From assembly GCF_006345805.1 (NCBI RefSeq), contig NC_043001.1:100998001-101062000 (forward strand): a stretch of 64,000 bases of DNA. The letters are read 5' to 3'. Shown here piece after piece: positions 38,102 through 51,462 of the stretch; positions within the stretch are counted from its first letter, which is position 1, and the number at the start of each line of letters is the position of its first letter. A program made the translations under genes and the position numbers. The notes under the pieces are model-generated. The model saw nothing but the letters and a program-made list of their open reading frames with translations. It had not been told where the DNA came from and did not search any database. This DNA comes from Octopus sinensis (taxonomy: Eukaryota).

Positions 38102-39721
38102 ATGTTTCCATGTCCAGACGTTGTGAGACTGTAGTAAATGAGCATCGTTTCTATCCAATATTCTACAAAAACATGTATGGCCATGGGGAAGTATTACTTT
38201 GTTTGGAAACTGGAGAAGGTTGGTGACTGGAATGGTATTTGGCTGTAATAAACTTGCATCAACAAACTCCATTCTATGGAAGCATGGAAAAGTGGACAGT
38301 AAAATGATGAGGATGATGAGGATGATGATGATGATGACAACAATGATGATGACAAAGAGGGGAAGGAGGAGAAAGAGGACAATAACAATGACGACAATGA
38401 AGACGACGATGATGATGATGTCACCAATGACGTCTCCTCCATATGGAAAGGATGTAATTGTATTTTTTCCTTGAGCCATTCAACTTGTATCAAAAATTAA
38501 ATTTCAGACAAACTTTATTCCTCCCTGGTAATCAATTTGGAACTAATGTTCTTCAATTTTTTTCAGTTCTTGGTTTGGTAATTTTCCCCTTAGACTTGCT
38601 TACAAGTATATACAAGCTATCCTGGAAGAATTACAACCTAAATAAACCATTCTTATAAACAATGCTGCCTTTGGACATGAGCACCCTAGACTGTGATGTC
38701 CCTGGGCCTCACGATTCTAGAGGCCCATTCCTCATTCATGTATGCTGTGGTTTGTTGCCAACAGATGACTCTATTGTGGGTGGTGGGCACTAATGATGCT
38801 AAGTCGACCCAGCATGTAAGTTTAATATTTGATCTTTCCCTGATTTAACTTTACACAACTGCTCTCAGTCTTTCAGAAACAGAGACAATATCAAATACAT
38901 TTGTTATTTAGTAGAATGTTGAATGGTATTACTTAATTCCCACGTTTTAAAAAAAATTTATCTGAAGGAATACTTTTATTGAAGACTTACAATGATGTTC
39001 CACATCCCTCAGTTTATGGTTCACCTGTAAACATTATAATTATTACGGAGGTGGGGGGACACTAAGCACTGATAAGTTAAATTGCAATATTATCATCAGT
39101 CTGAAAATGTTTGAGGCATGTTCAAACTGAGCAACAAGCTGCTCAGCTGCTCATTGCGTTTTGTCATGGAAAATATATCCTCGTTGTTGACAAATGGTGT
39201 ATATACCCCTAGATCAGCTTGCAGCATCACCTACTCAGACTGTGAGATGCTAGCATCTTTTCCAAGACAAAACATAGTGTGTAGCTTGTTCTCCAGTTTG
39301 AATGTGCCTCGGGCATATTTGGATTGATAACTACATTGCAATTTTACTTATCACAACATAGTACTTCCCCTCTGTGCTTTACTTATGTGGATCCACCTTA
39401 TAGGGCCATATAGTGACTGGAAAAGCATTAGCTCGTAAATGCCACCAACTTGGTATCTGTGACCAAAGAGGAGATAACTACTCTGAAATGCTAGCATCTC
39501 ACTGTCTGGGTAGGTGGTGCTGTGAGCTGACCCAAGGGTATACACATCATTTGTCAACAAACGGGATGTATTCTCTTTGACAAAACGTAGTGTGTAGCTT
39601 GTTCAAACGTGTCTCAAGCATATTTGGTCTGATAACAACATTACAATTAAGGACAAAAATATGTTGTGGTATTTAGTCGTGACTTTTTTACATTCTGAGT
39701 TCAAGTCCCAGTAAAATAATT

Positions 39722-40240
39722 GTTCATATTCAGTCACATCATGGCCAATATGAAGAGCAATGGAGATAAGCTATCACCTTGGAATACTCTACGTTTGATG
39801 TTCATTTTTCTGAGTTTTTGTTTTCTTCCAATCAACTCAGTATCCCAACGTTTCTTACTTTCATTAAGCATTTTCTCCCTGTTCTTTGCCATTCCAATCC
39901 TTTTCATCTTTTTACTTATTCAAATGTGTGGTACCATGCCATATGCTCTTTTTGTAATCTAGCCATGCCTCATTCAGTCCCGTCAGTCTGCGTCTACAAT
40001 TTCTTATTATCCTTTTATCAACTAATAAGGGATCTTTTGTTGCCCTACTTTGTTTCCTGCATCCCTTCTGTTCTTCTGCAAGTAGACTTGCCAAATGACT
40101 GTAGAACTCTTCCACCAAGACACAGCTCATAAGCTTCTGCATTAGTGGCAAACAGGTTATAGGTTGAAAATTTGATGCTAAGTTTGCTTTCAAGGGATCC
40201 TTGAGGCATAGCAGCATTTGTCCACTTGTCATCCAGGTGG
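39722..40240 (-). mobile_element. R4/Dong-clade reverse transcriptase fragment
   Basis: NFQPITCLPLM...EEQKGCRKQSRATKDPLLVDK...AWLDYKK(AY.MVPH)...FQGDSLSPLLF. Confidence 0.85.
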
Positions 40241-40589
40241 GAATGTGACCTTATTAAAATGGGAAGTGGACTGACAAAATTATTTGAGCATCAGACAAAA
40301 TGCCTTGTGGCATTTGTTTTGTATCTTTACATCATGAGTTCAAATTCCCTCAGCATTAACTCTGCCTTTTATTCCTTTTGATTCAAGAAAATAAATTATC
40401 AATCCTGTACAAATTCTTCCTCCAGATTTTTGGCCTTCTGCGAAAGCTAGAAACGTTTATTACCATTAAAATCCCTCTGGAATGGATTAAATAATGTACC
40501 AATCAAGTGCAGAGGTAGATTTAATCAACTAACCTTTTCACAGGCAATGTACATGTGTAAGAAATTATTATTATTATTATTATTATTAT

Positions 40590-41034
40590 TGAGTGAGAGA
40601 GCAGTGCATGCCATCAAAGTGACACTGGGGTAAAATATACGAAGCCCAATATACCCATCATGACTACCCGTCTGATAAAGGTACACCAGGCACATGCATC
40701 ACAACCATATGTGCACGACATGGTGATCTCATATCAAAATAAACAGCACATGACCTTGCAGGTGGGGCCCAGTTAGAATTTCCTTCAGGTTGAGTAGCCC
40801 ATCCTGCTCAAAAGGTCCCTGAATAAGGGTTGTTTAAGGATGTTGAAAGAACCACCCATGTTTCCAGAGGTGAATTATTCAAACCCCAAAGAATCCCCCT
40901 CAACACATGGCCATGATGCTCCCCCACTACTTCTGCTCGTGATCAGAGATGCACATATCGTCAGCCACTAAGGGACATGCTCAACTGGTTAAGGTCAAAC
41001 AACTGACATGCAAATCTGTGGTAATGAGCAGAAT
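40590..41034 (-). mobile_element. 5'-truncated S6 element flanked by (ATT)n on both sides
   Basis: Reverse complement of about 29475-29915. Confidence 0.8.
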
Positions 41035-41059
41035 TATTATTATTATTATTATTATTATT

Positions 41060-41599
41060 GCCTTTGCACAGCTTCTAACACTGGAGATGTACTACACTGT
41101 CAGCTGTTCACTATCAGTGAACTAAGGTAACACCTCTTATATTTCGAACACCTTACGGAGTATTCGAGTGGTTCCAAGCAGTGCTGTTTTCTGTAAGTCC
41201 TCCACCCTCATTGCAGCCCCTATTTGTTCCATGTACTTCTTGAGATTTTTGCTCACTGTTCCCAGGGCTCTGACAATTACTGGTATCACTACCACCTTTT
41301 GCATCGACCACAACTGCTTAACTTCCCAAGCTAACCTGTCATATCGCTCGACTTTTCTTTCTTCCTTATCGCATACCTTGTCGTCAGCTGCGCACGCTAT
41401 ATCTATGATTCAGCATAGTTTGCGTTCTTTCTCAATTAACACTATATCTGGCTCCCTATTCTCTATCTCATGGTCGCACTGAATCATAAAATCCCATAGG
41501 ATCTTTCCATTTCTATTTTCAACGATGCCTTCAGTTTGTGGTCGTACCAATTTTTTGTTCTGTCAAGTCCATACTTGTTGCAAAGTCATGGCGTCTCTT
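41060..41599 (-). mobile_element. Second R4/Dong family: REL endonuclease fragment plus 3' UTR
   Basis: KRRHD..LCNKYG..WYDH..EN..KILWDF.IQCDHEI..REPDIV...IIDIA...ERKV.RY..L..E...LW...IPVIV.ALG...TALLGTTRILRKV; one stop, frameshift and internal deletion; (ATT)n on both sides. Confidence 0.9.
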
Positions 41600-41600
41600 A

Positions 41601-41660
<60 letters not shown>

Positions 41661-42812
41661 AAAAAGGGTAGTGGATTGGCAGATTTTAAACATTGAATAA
41701 AATGTCTTATATTATTCATGGTTGTTGGTATTGTGATTGTGAAATTATACAATCGTTAATTACTGGGGTCGATGGCATCAATTAAGCCTCTCATCAATTA
41801 AGCACTTGTGTCTAAATTAGAAACAATTATTACAATTACTGATTTCAAATTTTGGCAGAAGGCCAGCAATTTCAGGGTCGGGGAGTAAGTTGATTAGATT
41901 GACCCTAGTATCTTTTTTTTATCAACTCAGAAAGTACGAAAGGCAAGATAGATTTTGGTGGAGTTTGAACTCAGGACGTAAAGACAAATGAAATGCTGCT
42001 ATTTTGGCTGGTGTTCTAATGATTCTGCCAGCTCACTGCCCTTAACGATTATTAGAATAATCAAGGCTTTACAAAGTGCAGTGAAGGAGTAAGAATGGTT
42101 GAAAATGGATAGAAACATTAGTTATGACCCTGTAAATTCTGAATTTAACTCATACTTGCTTTGTGAGTCTCTTTCTTGCTTTCAAGCTCTATAGCACTAG
42201 TCAAGTACTAAGGTTTATATTACTGACTACATCTTCCCAAAAGCTTTGTGTTATTGTGTCTTTGCCAGAGATCATTCACAGATGACTAAGCAAAAATGCT
42301 GAAGAACTTCAACTGAATTTCATTTTGAATTGACAGAATGTTTGGCTTTCAACTCACATTAAAAACCTTTCATCAAAGTCACTGAGTAAGAATTGAAAAA
42401 CTTTGGAAACGAATAATGTTCCAGGCATGTGTGAATATTGGCAGCAGTAAAAATATCTAAAATCCATGAATTAATGCAAGGAATTCATAGAGAAAATTAA
42501 TGATTGATGATTATCACTGAAATAATTATGGTATTAAAATTACAATTTGCTAATTATGGTTATTCGAAAGTGTATACCTGTGTATGGACACATATTTCGA
42601 GAAGACAATGCATGATAATACATTAACAACAGACATTGCAGTGTGGAACAAGAGACTACAAGAATGCTGGTGATCGTCTAAGCCAACAATTAATATGTAT
42701 AACTGTTTACAAAGTGGAATAACTTAATAAGGTATTAAGGCATTGGATAGAAAAGAAATGCTTTGCGAAGGGCCAGTCTGTGTTTGCCAGTATATACATA
42801 CAGATGTATATG

Positions 42813-42862
<50 letters not shown>

Positions 42863-42869
42863 ATACATA

Positions 42870-43335
42870 TATTGGGTCAGCCCATAGATAACGTGGTTTT
42901 TTTCAATTGCATAAACTAAAAGTCAGAGGGGGATAGGATAAACTACCTGCATCAACTTGCTATAAAAGCAGGTAGTAATTTTACCTTGTCCTTATTCTTA
43001 GTACAAGTTTTGAAGAGTGCAGTTCTATTTTAATAGTTATTTTTTCAAAACATAATAGAAAGTGTGAGGAATATTAGTGCAGTATATGGGGATCGGACAA
43101 TAAGTATAAGCCAGTGTCAGTGGTGGTTTCAGAAATTCTGAGCCAAAAGCTACTGCCTAGAAGATGAGCCTCATCCTGGAAGATCTGTAAAGCTTGACGA
43201 GGATGTCCTGCAAAACCTGGTGGAACAAAATCCCATCATAACTGTTGAGGAACTAGTAGAGAAGCTTGGATTTCATCATTCGACCATTAATTGACACCCG
43301 CGTGCCATAAGAAAAGTCAGCAAATTGGGTCAATT
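42870..43335 (+). mobile_element. mariner 5' fragment (TIR and transposase HTH region)
   Basis: TA-TTGGGTCAGCCCATAGATAAC TIR; VYGDRTISISQCQWWFQKF...LEDEPHPGRS...LVEQNP..TVEEL.EKLG..HSTI. Confidence 0.8.
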
Positions 43336-46247
43336 CAATACATGAATTTTTAAAACTACTATCATGAAGGATTAATTTAATTAAATTTATTTTCTCTTGT
43401 CTTTTCATGATTAAATTGGTTTAAACAATTGAAACAAGTAGCATATTTTGATAAAAATGGGAATATTTTTCATTATTAATGATAATGTTCTTAAAGCATT
43501 TTATACTATTTTTTTAGTACATATATACTTGAGTAGTTCTGTAACTCACAGATCAAATTTATGTAAAGGATGGAGTAACCAAACAGCAGTACGTTGCAGG
43601 AAATGTGAATGAGTGTGATGTTGTCTTCTATGAAACAGTGTAAATGCTGGAGTTTCAATCAGTAGCCTCTTCCTTTTTTATATTCTAGTCAAGTGTATGC
43701 AATTTTTAATGTCGATAAAGCATAATGGCTTAAAAGCAACGCATGATCATCAGTTGTAAAATTACTACAGTTATTGCCATATACCACTGCTCAATTGTAA
43801 TATTGCTCTATATATCTGTTTAACTGGTGTTTAAACAGACATGAAATATCTCCATTCAAGATGGTGGTATGTGATTTGAAAAGGTTTATTTTGACAATTA
43901 GTGAAAGAAAAATATTCTACCAATATTTAGGAACAATTCCTGTCCAAAATGAAGAAGTGGTGTAGGCAGTAACTTAATAGAGCAAACTTGATTTTAAAAG
44001 GGATACACAAAAAAATGCAATGGCAGATTGAAAGTGAGGTGTATTTTCAAATCCACAACAAGTAGAGGAATAACAGCTGGTGCTGACATGAACAAATAAT
44101 GTCCATGGTTCATTCAGTCATCTCAGTGACATAACTTGTATTCTAGTAAGGACATAAGAACAACTGGAGTAAGTAAGCAAAGAATGGAAGAATTTCAGTG
44201 AAGAGTTATCTCCATTGACTACAAATGGTTTTTCTGTGTCCAAAGACGAATGAATCAGGGGTGAAAATTGCAGTTCTATACAGATGTATGACTTGGGTTC
44301 AGAGCACAGCAGAACAACTGAAGACGAGGAATAAATGTGATCTACCAGATGTCTAATGGTAATTTGAATGAAATGCAATGTCGGAACTGTGAAAATAGAT
44401 TCTTTGCATCACATTTGATGGTCTTAGTCATAATGATGGTGGCGGTGGCGGTGGCAGCGGTGGTGGTGGTGGTGTTGGAGGTGGTGGTCATCATGACAAT
44501 TGTCTATTCTTAGTGTTCTGTTAGTGATTTTCAGTAGTTTTCACATGAATCTGTGTGTGTGTGTATGTGAAAAATATTGTTGGTTATCTAAATTTGATTA
44601 TTCCTATTTCAAAGACATCATTAAGAAAACTTCTTTAATCTTCTAGACTTTAATTACTCTAAGATAATGCCATGTTTAACATTGTTTTATCCTTGGTATA
44701 CCTGTAATGGTATCTTAAATATTGGTTTCTCGATTGGAAAACAACAGTAGTAAAAATAAAAAGAATAATAATCAATGTTATAAACAGAATGAAACTGCTT
44801 TTACACTTTCAACAAAATATGAACAGTAGAGCTTCTGTATTTTGATAATACATAGCCCAGTATTTTGTTAGTTTAGCATATCAATTATCTGGCTTTCTGA
44901 CCACTGATTATCTGACACCTAACAGGAAAATAATAGCTTCAAACAGTCACTACGTGCCAATCTTAATCATCTATATGCCGCAATATTATTACTGCCATTT
45001 TTTCTGAAAATGAGTTCTAACATTGTATTCCTAATAAAATAGAGGAAATAAAATTGAAGTGTAGACAGGAATGTCGTAAAGTCCCTCCAGACAAAGGCAA
45101 ACTTATTAGATAGCATAGCCTCTGTATATTGGAAGAAGATTAGTCTAAAATTGAGCAATTTTGTATGTTGAGAAAATATTGACCAAAAGTACGGAGGTGA
45201 TTTTACAGTCAGCAGGCTTCCGCTTGCTAATTTGACCTGACACAAACCTGAAGTAATTGTTAAACAAGCAAGAAGCAATAAACTGCAGTTGTTGGATCAA
45301 CCTCGAGAGAAATCTTCAATCCTTCACTCAGTTTGAGTATATCATATTTGATAATTTCTCTAGCTGATGGCTGTTGGGGAAGCATAATTTTGAGTGGTTT
45401 TACTGTTACACAATTAGGGAACAAATGCCTTGATGCCACTGCTAATGGTTTGTCTTATTTTACAGTGAATTCATCACCATATAACTATCTATGCAAGTTT
45501 TATGATTTGGCTGTTGCATGACTCACAATTTACTAATTGTATATCAGTCAAAGAAATGTTTTCACCAATTCTTCAAATAATCAAGTGATTGCAGAGGTGG
45601 TATTCCAACCAGAGGTAAAAAAAAAATGATAACATGTCTTTATTGTCCTTCAGCACTTGGAATTTCTTTCAGTAATGAGAATGAACAACTTAATTAAAGG
45701 GTCTTGTAACCATCGGTATGCTTCCCGTTTTTGAAGCCATGTCTGGGAAGAACATTCTGATATTCAATCAGGATTTACAAGAACCTTGTTTCAAATTTCA
45801 ATATTGTTAAATTATCAAATGATTTTATCTCAAAAGCAAATATCCCTGTATTCAAAGGAGTGCAATGCCAAAAGATTAAAGGTGGCATTACTTAGAATAG
45901 TTGCATCCATTAAAAAATGGCAGTAACCACTTTATTATAACATTGAGGCATGTGAATGTTTGCATATATATGTGTGCAAGTGCATGCAGCTGCATGCATG
46001 TGTACGTGTGTATATGTAATATGCATAAAACATGTATGGTATTCAATGCTTTATAGAACATACACACATTTTTTAAAATGCTAAAATAATTACATAACAC
46101 GTTTAGATACATCATACAATATTCCACTTCACTTCATCAGTGTCCTGCAATAAATACAACTGTTATGTAATTATTTTTGCATTTTACTTAAGTTTGTGTG
46201 GCTTTATAGCATTAAACACCTGTTTCTGATTATTATTATTATTATTA

Positions 46248-46289
<42 letters not shown>

Positions 46290-46303
46290 TATTATTATTA
46301 TCA

Positions 46304-46367
<64 letters not shown>

Positions 46368-46518
46368 TAATATTATTATTCAAATTCCACCGAGGTCAAC
46401 TTTGCTTTTTTATCTTTTCAGAGTTGATGAAATAAGTACCAGTTGAGTACTGGGGTCAATATAATCGACTATCCCCCTCCCATAAATTTTTAGGCCTTTT
46501 GCCTACAACAGAAAGGAC

Positions 46519-46550
<32 letters not shown>

Positions 46551-47629
46551 ATTAGTTAATGTATAAAGGATTGAGGTAACTCCTCCTGAAGATATAGAGT
46601 CAAAATTAAAAGAAGAATGCCATTGTTATCTAGTGAAGTGGGTATTGGCCACTTTCAGATGGTGCTTTTCATGTGCCACTGGCACATATCCAAACCATTT
46701 CATCAGACATTTATGGATAAAACCAGGTATACTGAACTGCAAGAAATTCAACTCAGCATTCCAAGAAGGATGTTTAGAAAAAAATTGGTTTTCCTAAGTC
46801 TATTAATTGAGCAATGGATTTCTTTAAGATCCAACCAATCAACAGCATTGTCAGCCAAGATCTATAGCAGCTGGGATATTCACAAAAGAGTTAGTCTAAT
46901 ATTTGTTCAATAAATAACTTTTTGGGGGGCCAAGAATTTTATTAATGACATCTATTGCAATAAATTATTCAGCTGTCAACTGAACAATGGTTAAATCTCT
47001 TTCTTCTCAGCATTGGAGAAACAAAGTGAAACTAAACGTTCCACTCTCATCCCAAACACACTTTCCCCCAACAACATCTTCATTCCTTACCAATGACACT
47101 ATTACATTGCTTCCCATAATTTCCATAACCTCATCCAACAGATTTTAATACTTCTGTAGTTTCCTCTCTCTAGTGTACTTCCTTTGGATTTGGAACACTT
47201 AAAGAAGCAACTGGTATATGTCAGTCCTTCGATATCATGCCCCCTTCTATACTCCCTGATTTACAACAAGGGTGACTGGCCCTTTTCCACTCTGCCAAAC
47301 AATTTAAGTATCCCAGCTGTGAATCCTGATTGACTGAACATCTTCCCTGCCTTCCTCTTTCCCTTCATAACCTTGATTGCTCTCTCTCCCCCTCACCACC
47401 CCCTCTCTCTCTCTCTCTCAATATATGTATATATAAATGCATATACATGTATATATGAGCATATATATGTGAGCGTGTATATGTCAGTTTCTCTGTTTTC
47501 TTTTTCTCAATGAAAAGTAATAAATAATAATATTCCAGATCTAGGAATGTGAATCTCGCATCTTTGGTCTTTTCCCTGATACACTGGATAAAACCAGGGA
47601 ACTTGGATGCTGACATCCCTTTAAGATGA

Positions 47630-48730
47630 TTTATATCCTTAGGAGTTCTCACCTAAACAGCAAGGTTGACTTGGCCTGCAGATGTGCTCCTGGATTCTGA
47701 GAACTTTCCAGTCTAAAGATGCCTATATATTCATCCTTCTCTACTCTATTTTTGCCCCTTGAGTACTGTTGCCCACTGTGGTCCCCCCTTATGAAGTAAC
47801 TCATTATGAAAGTAGAAGTACACCAGAGGTCAATAACAAGAAAGATAGACATAATAAAAAATAATAATAATGAAATTATTGTATACAGTGCTCAGGTGCA
47901 CCACAACTTGTCAAAAGTGCATGTAAAGCATATACAGTAATGTACAAATGTCTGGGGAGTGAACAGTGTATGAGTCAGATACATGCTTGCATGTGTAAGG
48001 AGGGGAGAAAATCAGGTGTAGTATTGGCGAATCTCAGGAAGCATGGAAGTTTTGAAGGATGCAATGCTCTGACAACTAACAACTGATGCCAGCAGTTTGT
48101 TACATACTTCATCAACTCTTAGCGTGAAAAAATGTTTCCAAAAGTCATGGGAGCTGTGCTGTTTTCTGACTTTGTAAACATGTCCACAGGTGTTAGACAG
48201 ACAGAGTTTAAAAAGGTGCTCAGAGTTATTGTTTGTAAGATGGTTAATAATTTTATGGGTGTCTGCCAAGTCAGCTGCCAGACGTCGGAGTTTCAATGTA
48301 TCCATGCCCAGGGAAGTAAGGTGTTCAGCATGAAAGGCATTGATTATTTGGATCAACTAAAAAAAACTCAATCTCTACTCTCTCCAACACTTCAGGGAGC
48401 ACTACATCATTTGTATGATGCGGAAAATATTTTATCAATATTGCACAAATGATGTTGGCATCAATTTTAAAATCCATCCAAGTCTTGGCCCCTGTGCTAT
48501 CTGCCCACTACAAAAATTGAACTTGGTACACATAGCAACATTATGTCACAATTACTTTACCTCAGCTGGTCCAGCTCTCTTTAATGCCATACCAAAATAT
48601 GTCCAAATGGAAACGGATCCCATAAAATTCAAATGTTCACTGGACTAATTTAAAAAAATTCTGGACGAACCTCTTACACCCAGATATATCTCCAACAATA
48701 ACAACTCTTTGCTAGAGGGGGCCATGGTGC
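47630..48730 (+). mobile_element. CR1-clade LINE 3' fragment (family B), split by an insertion at about 47852-48325
   Basis: MCSWILRTFQS...LEYCCPLWSP...QRSITRKID | MKGIDY.DQLKKLNLYSLQ...NYFTSAGPALFN...FKCSLD reads continuously across the insertion. Confidence 0.75.
47852..48330 (-). mobile_element. CR1-clade LINE 3' end (family A) nested in family B
   Basis: LTSLGMDTLKLRRLAADL...GHVYKV...FFTLRV...NKL..SVV...S..SFK; (ATT)n-type tail. Confidence 0.85.
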
Positions 48731-48957
48731 CGCATACATGACTAAAAGACTCCACCAGGTTGTGCTATTGAGTTAGACAAGGCTTGGGCCTATACTGGCC
48801 AAAACCTTTCAAAGTTATCAAAGTATATACATATATAGTTATAATTTACAATAAAACAAAAGACGAAGACAGGTGTATAAACAACAAACAGGTGTATTAG
48901 TTTAAAGCTCAGGAAGGTGAGAAAGTCTTTCACGTTCCAAGCCTATGCTCTTCAACC

Positions 48958-49150
48958 GAAAAGAATATGAGCAAATAAACAGACAGAGAATAAAAAAAAA
49001 ATTTGAAGCTAGCGAAGCTTCTTTCAGTTTTCATCTACCAAATCCACTCACAAGCCTTGTGAGTGGATTTGGTAGACGGAAACTGAAAAAAGCTTTGCTA
49101 GCTCCAAAAGTTTTTTTATTCTCTGTCTGTTTATTTCCTCATATTCCTTC
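48958..49150. repeat. ~190-bp near-perfect inverted duplication
   Basis: Centre cacaag-c-cttgtg at 49055; arms join a Penelope-like fragment to S1 SINE sequence. Confidence 0.85.
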
Positions 49151-49592
49151 TATAGTAGAAGACACTTGCCCAAGGTGCCATGCAGTGGGACTGAACTTGG
49201 AACCTTGTGGTTGATTTTTAGTTCTATCATTTATCAAAAAACTATACACAAACACACAAACATATAATGGGCTTCTTTCAGTTTCCATCTACCAGATTCA
49301 CTCACAAGGCTTTGGTCAGCCTGAGGCTATAGTAGAAGACACTTGCCCAAGGTGCCACGCAGTGGGACTGAACTTGGAACCATGTTGTTGGCTTTTAGTT
49401 CTATTATTTATCAAGAAGACTATACACAGACACACACACATATAATGGGTTTCTTTCAGTTTCCGTCTACCAGATCCACTCACTAGGCTTTGCTCAGTCT
49501 GAGGTTATAGTAGAAGACACTTGTCCAAGGTGCCATGCAGTGGGACTGAACTTGGGACCATGTGGTTAGGAAGTAAGGTTCTTATCACACTG

Positions 49593-49595
<3 letters not shown>
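49151..49595 (-). repeat. Tandem trimer of the S1 SINE head (period 177-178 bp)
   Basis: tatagtagaagacacttg at 49151, 49328 and 49506, each with the same linker. Confidence 0.85.
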
Positions 49596-49635
<40 letters not shown>

Positions 49636-49992
49636 CACACACACACACACACACATGAATGTAAGTACCCTCGTTTTGATGTTGTGTGTTCTTTCTAAAT
49701 TAGCATCACAGTCATACAAACGACATTGTCCATTGCTGCTCTTTTGACCACGAGTAAATATTATTTTGCCAGGAAATGGAGAATTGGTGATAGGAAGAGC
49801 ATCTTGCTGTTGACAATCTACCTCAACAAATTCCATGTGATCCAAGCATGCAAGGGAAAGTGCCTGTCAAATGATGATGATGATGATGATACATACACAC
49901 TTGTATATATATATACATATTTTATGTGACTTACAGTTCGGTGTGTGGTAAAGCAAAATTATTTTGCTGAACCCTAATTATATAAAATATAT

Positions 49993-50074
<82 letters not shown>

Positions 50075-50147
50075 GTGTGTATATATATATGTGTGTATGT
50101 ATCCATATATATATACATACACATGCATACATGTGCACACCTACACA

Positions 50148-50178
<31 letters not shown>

Positions 50179-50680
50179 CACGTATCTCTAGATGCATTAT
50201 TATATCATATATTATTATATTTTTAATTGACAGAAATGAGAGATGGACTCAAGAGCTGATAGCTTCCTGCATGCCACTTATCAATGAAATAGAAAAATAT
50301 ATACATATATTCCTCCTTTGGGTTTTATTTAATCATGATTGCACTACCAAAGCTCTCTGTGCAACTATGTGTGTGTGTGTGTGTGTGTGTGTGCGTGCGT
50401 GTGTGTATGTGGTGTATACTTCATGTATCTTTCCTTGTGGCATAGATATACGGTATCAATGCATGCTGTAAGAAGTTACTAAGACAATTGGCATCAGAAG
50501 GTCCTCCAGCCATAAGACACTGCTTCAAAATATTCCATTCAATTCTTGCCAGCAGGTAATTATAAAAGTGTGTGTGCATGTCTAGGTGTGTGTGTGTAAA
50601 TACAATAAGATATTATAATATATTAATATATTAAAAATATACCACATATAACCATGCCAACATGGAAGGTAGATGTTAAT

Positions 50681-50715
<35 letters not shown>

Positions 50716-50789
50716 ATAAAATAGGTGGCTCATTAGCAATTAAAGCCTATAGGTAAGTTAATAAACAAGGGTACAAATTAGTCCTGGCA

Positions 50790-50985
50790 ATTGCTAGAAA
50801 TCATGGAAAGGTGCTTTAGCTCACTTCCCACTTTCCGTCAATTCATGAGGTTAGTGCTCTGTGTAGCTATTTCAAGTAGTTCTGACTCTTATTTCTAGCA
50901 ATCGCTGATACCACTTGGCAACTGCACTGGGTCCATCTGTTGTCTGTGAATCTTGCTACATCGTTGGTCAGTGGAACTTGAGCTT
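50790..50985 (-). mobile_element. Decayed RTE LINE 3' fragment
   Basis: DVARFTDNRWT..AVAKWY resembles GHVARFTDNRWT..V..W.P. Confidence 0.55.
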
Positions 50986-51396
50986 TCAATACAATCACTT
51001 CAGGATGAACAAAATACCTGTCATGAATAACAAAATCCAGGTGTATAAAAAAATTTGGATTTGATGTGACTTACAGCATAGAAATTATTTCACCAACGAA
51101 ATAAAAGAATCTCAGAAAATACATGATACCAACTGAAAGAAACTTGAATAACGAATTGTTTCCATTTTCTTTTGATTTCCATTCTGCCTGCTCTAAAAAT
51201 GTTCATTGTAGAAACACAGCAGTTTTGAAAGCATATAATAGGTTCCAGATATATGTGAAATGTGAACAATTACAATTACCAGTTAAGTATCAGTTTACTT
51301 GGTGCATGAATAATTAAAGAATTTTGTTCAGGTCAGCAAGGGAATTGCAAAATCTGATTGAAATAGCAGTCAATGCTACCTCAAATCACATCATAC

Positions 51397-51462
51397 CAGC
51401 TTGCAAAAAGGAAGGCCACATTTCGTATTTTCAACTTAGACAACACACCATGACCACCATGT
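51397..51462 (-). CDS. Candidate 66-nt exon (coding frame uncertain)
   Basis: Strong acceptor tttctctttttacag, donor CTG|gtatga; open frame xHGGHGVLSKLKIRNVAFLFAS, or a start MWPSFLQA at 51421. Confidence 0.3.

Noticed and set aside
48325-48345. Two CR1s fused head-to-head at homologous positions
   Set aside because: The plus-strand CR1 continues upstream at 47630-47851, so it is a nested insertion.
51397-51462. PP2C (DGHGG) or caspase-like assignment for HGGHG; CARD-like reading of 58855 plus 53405 exons
   Set aside because: Flanking residues do not fit the family patterns and the similarity is subjective.
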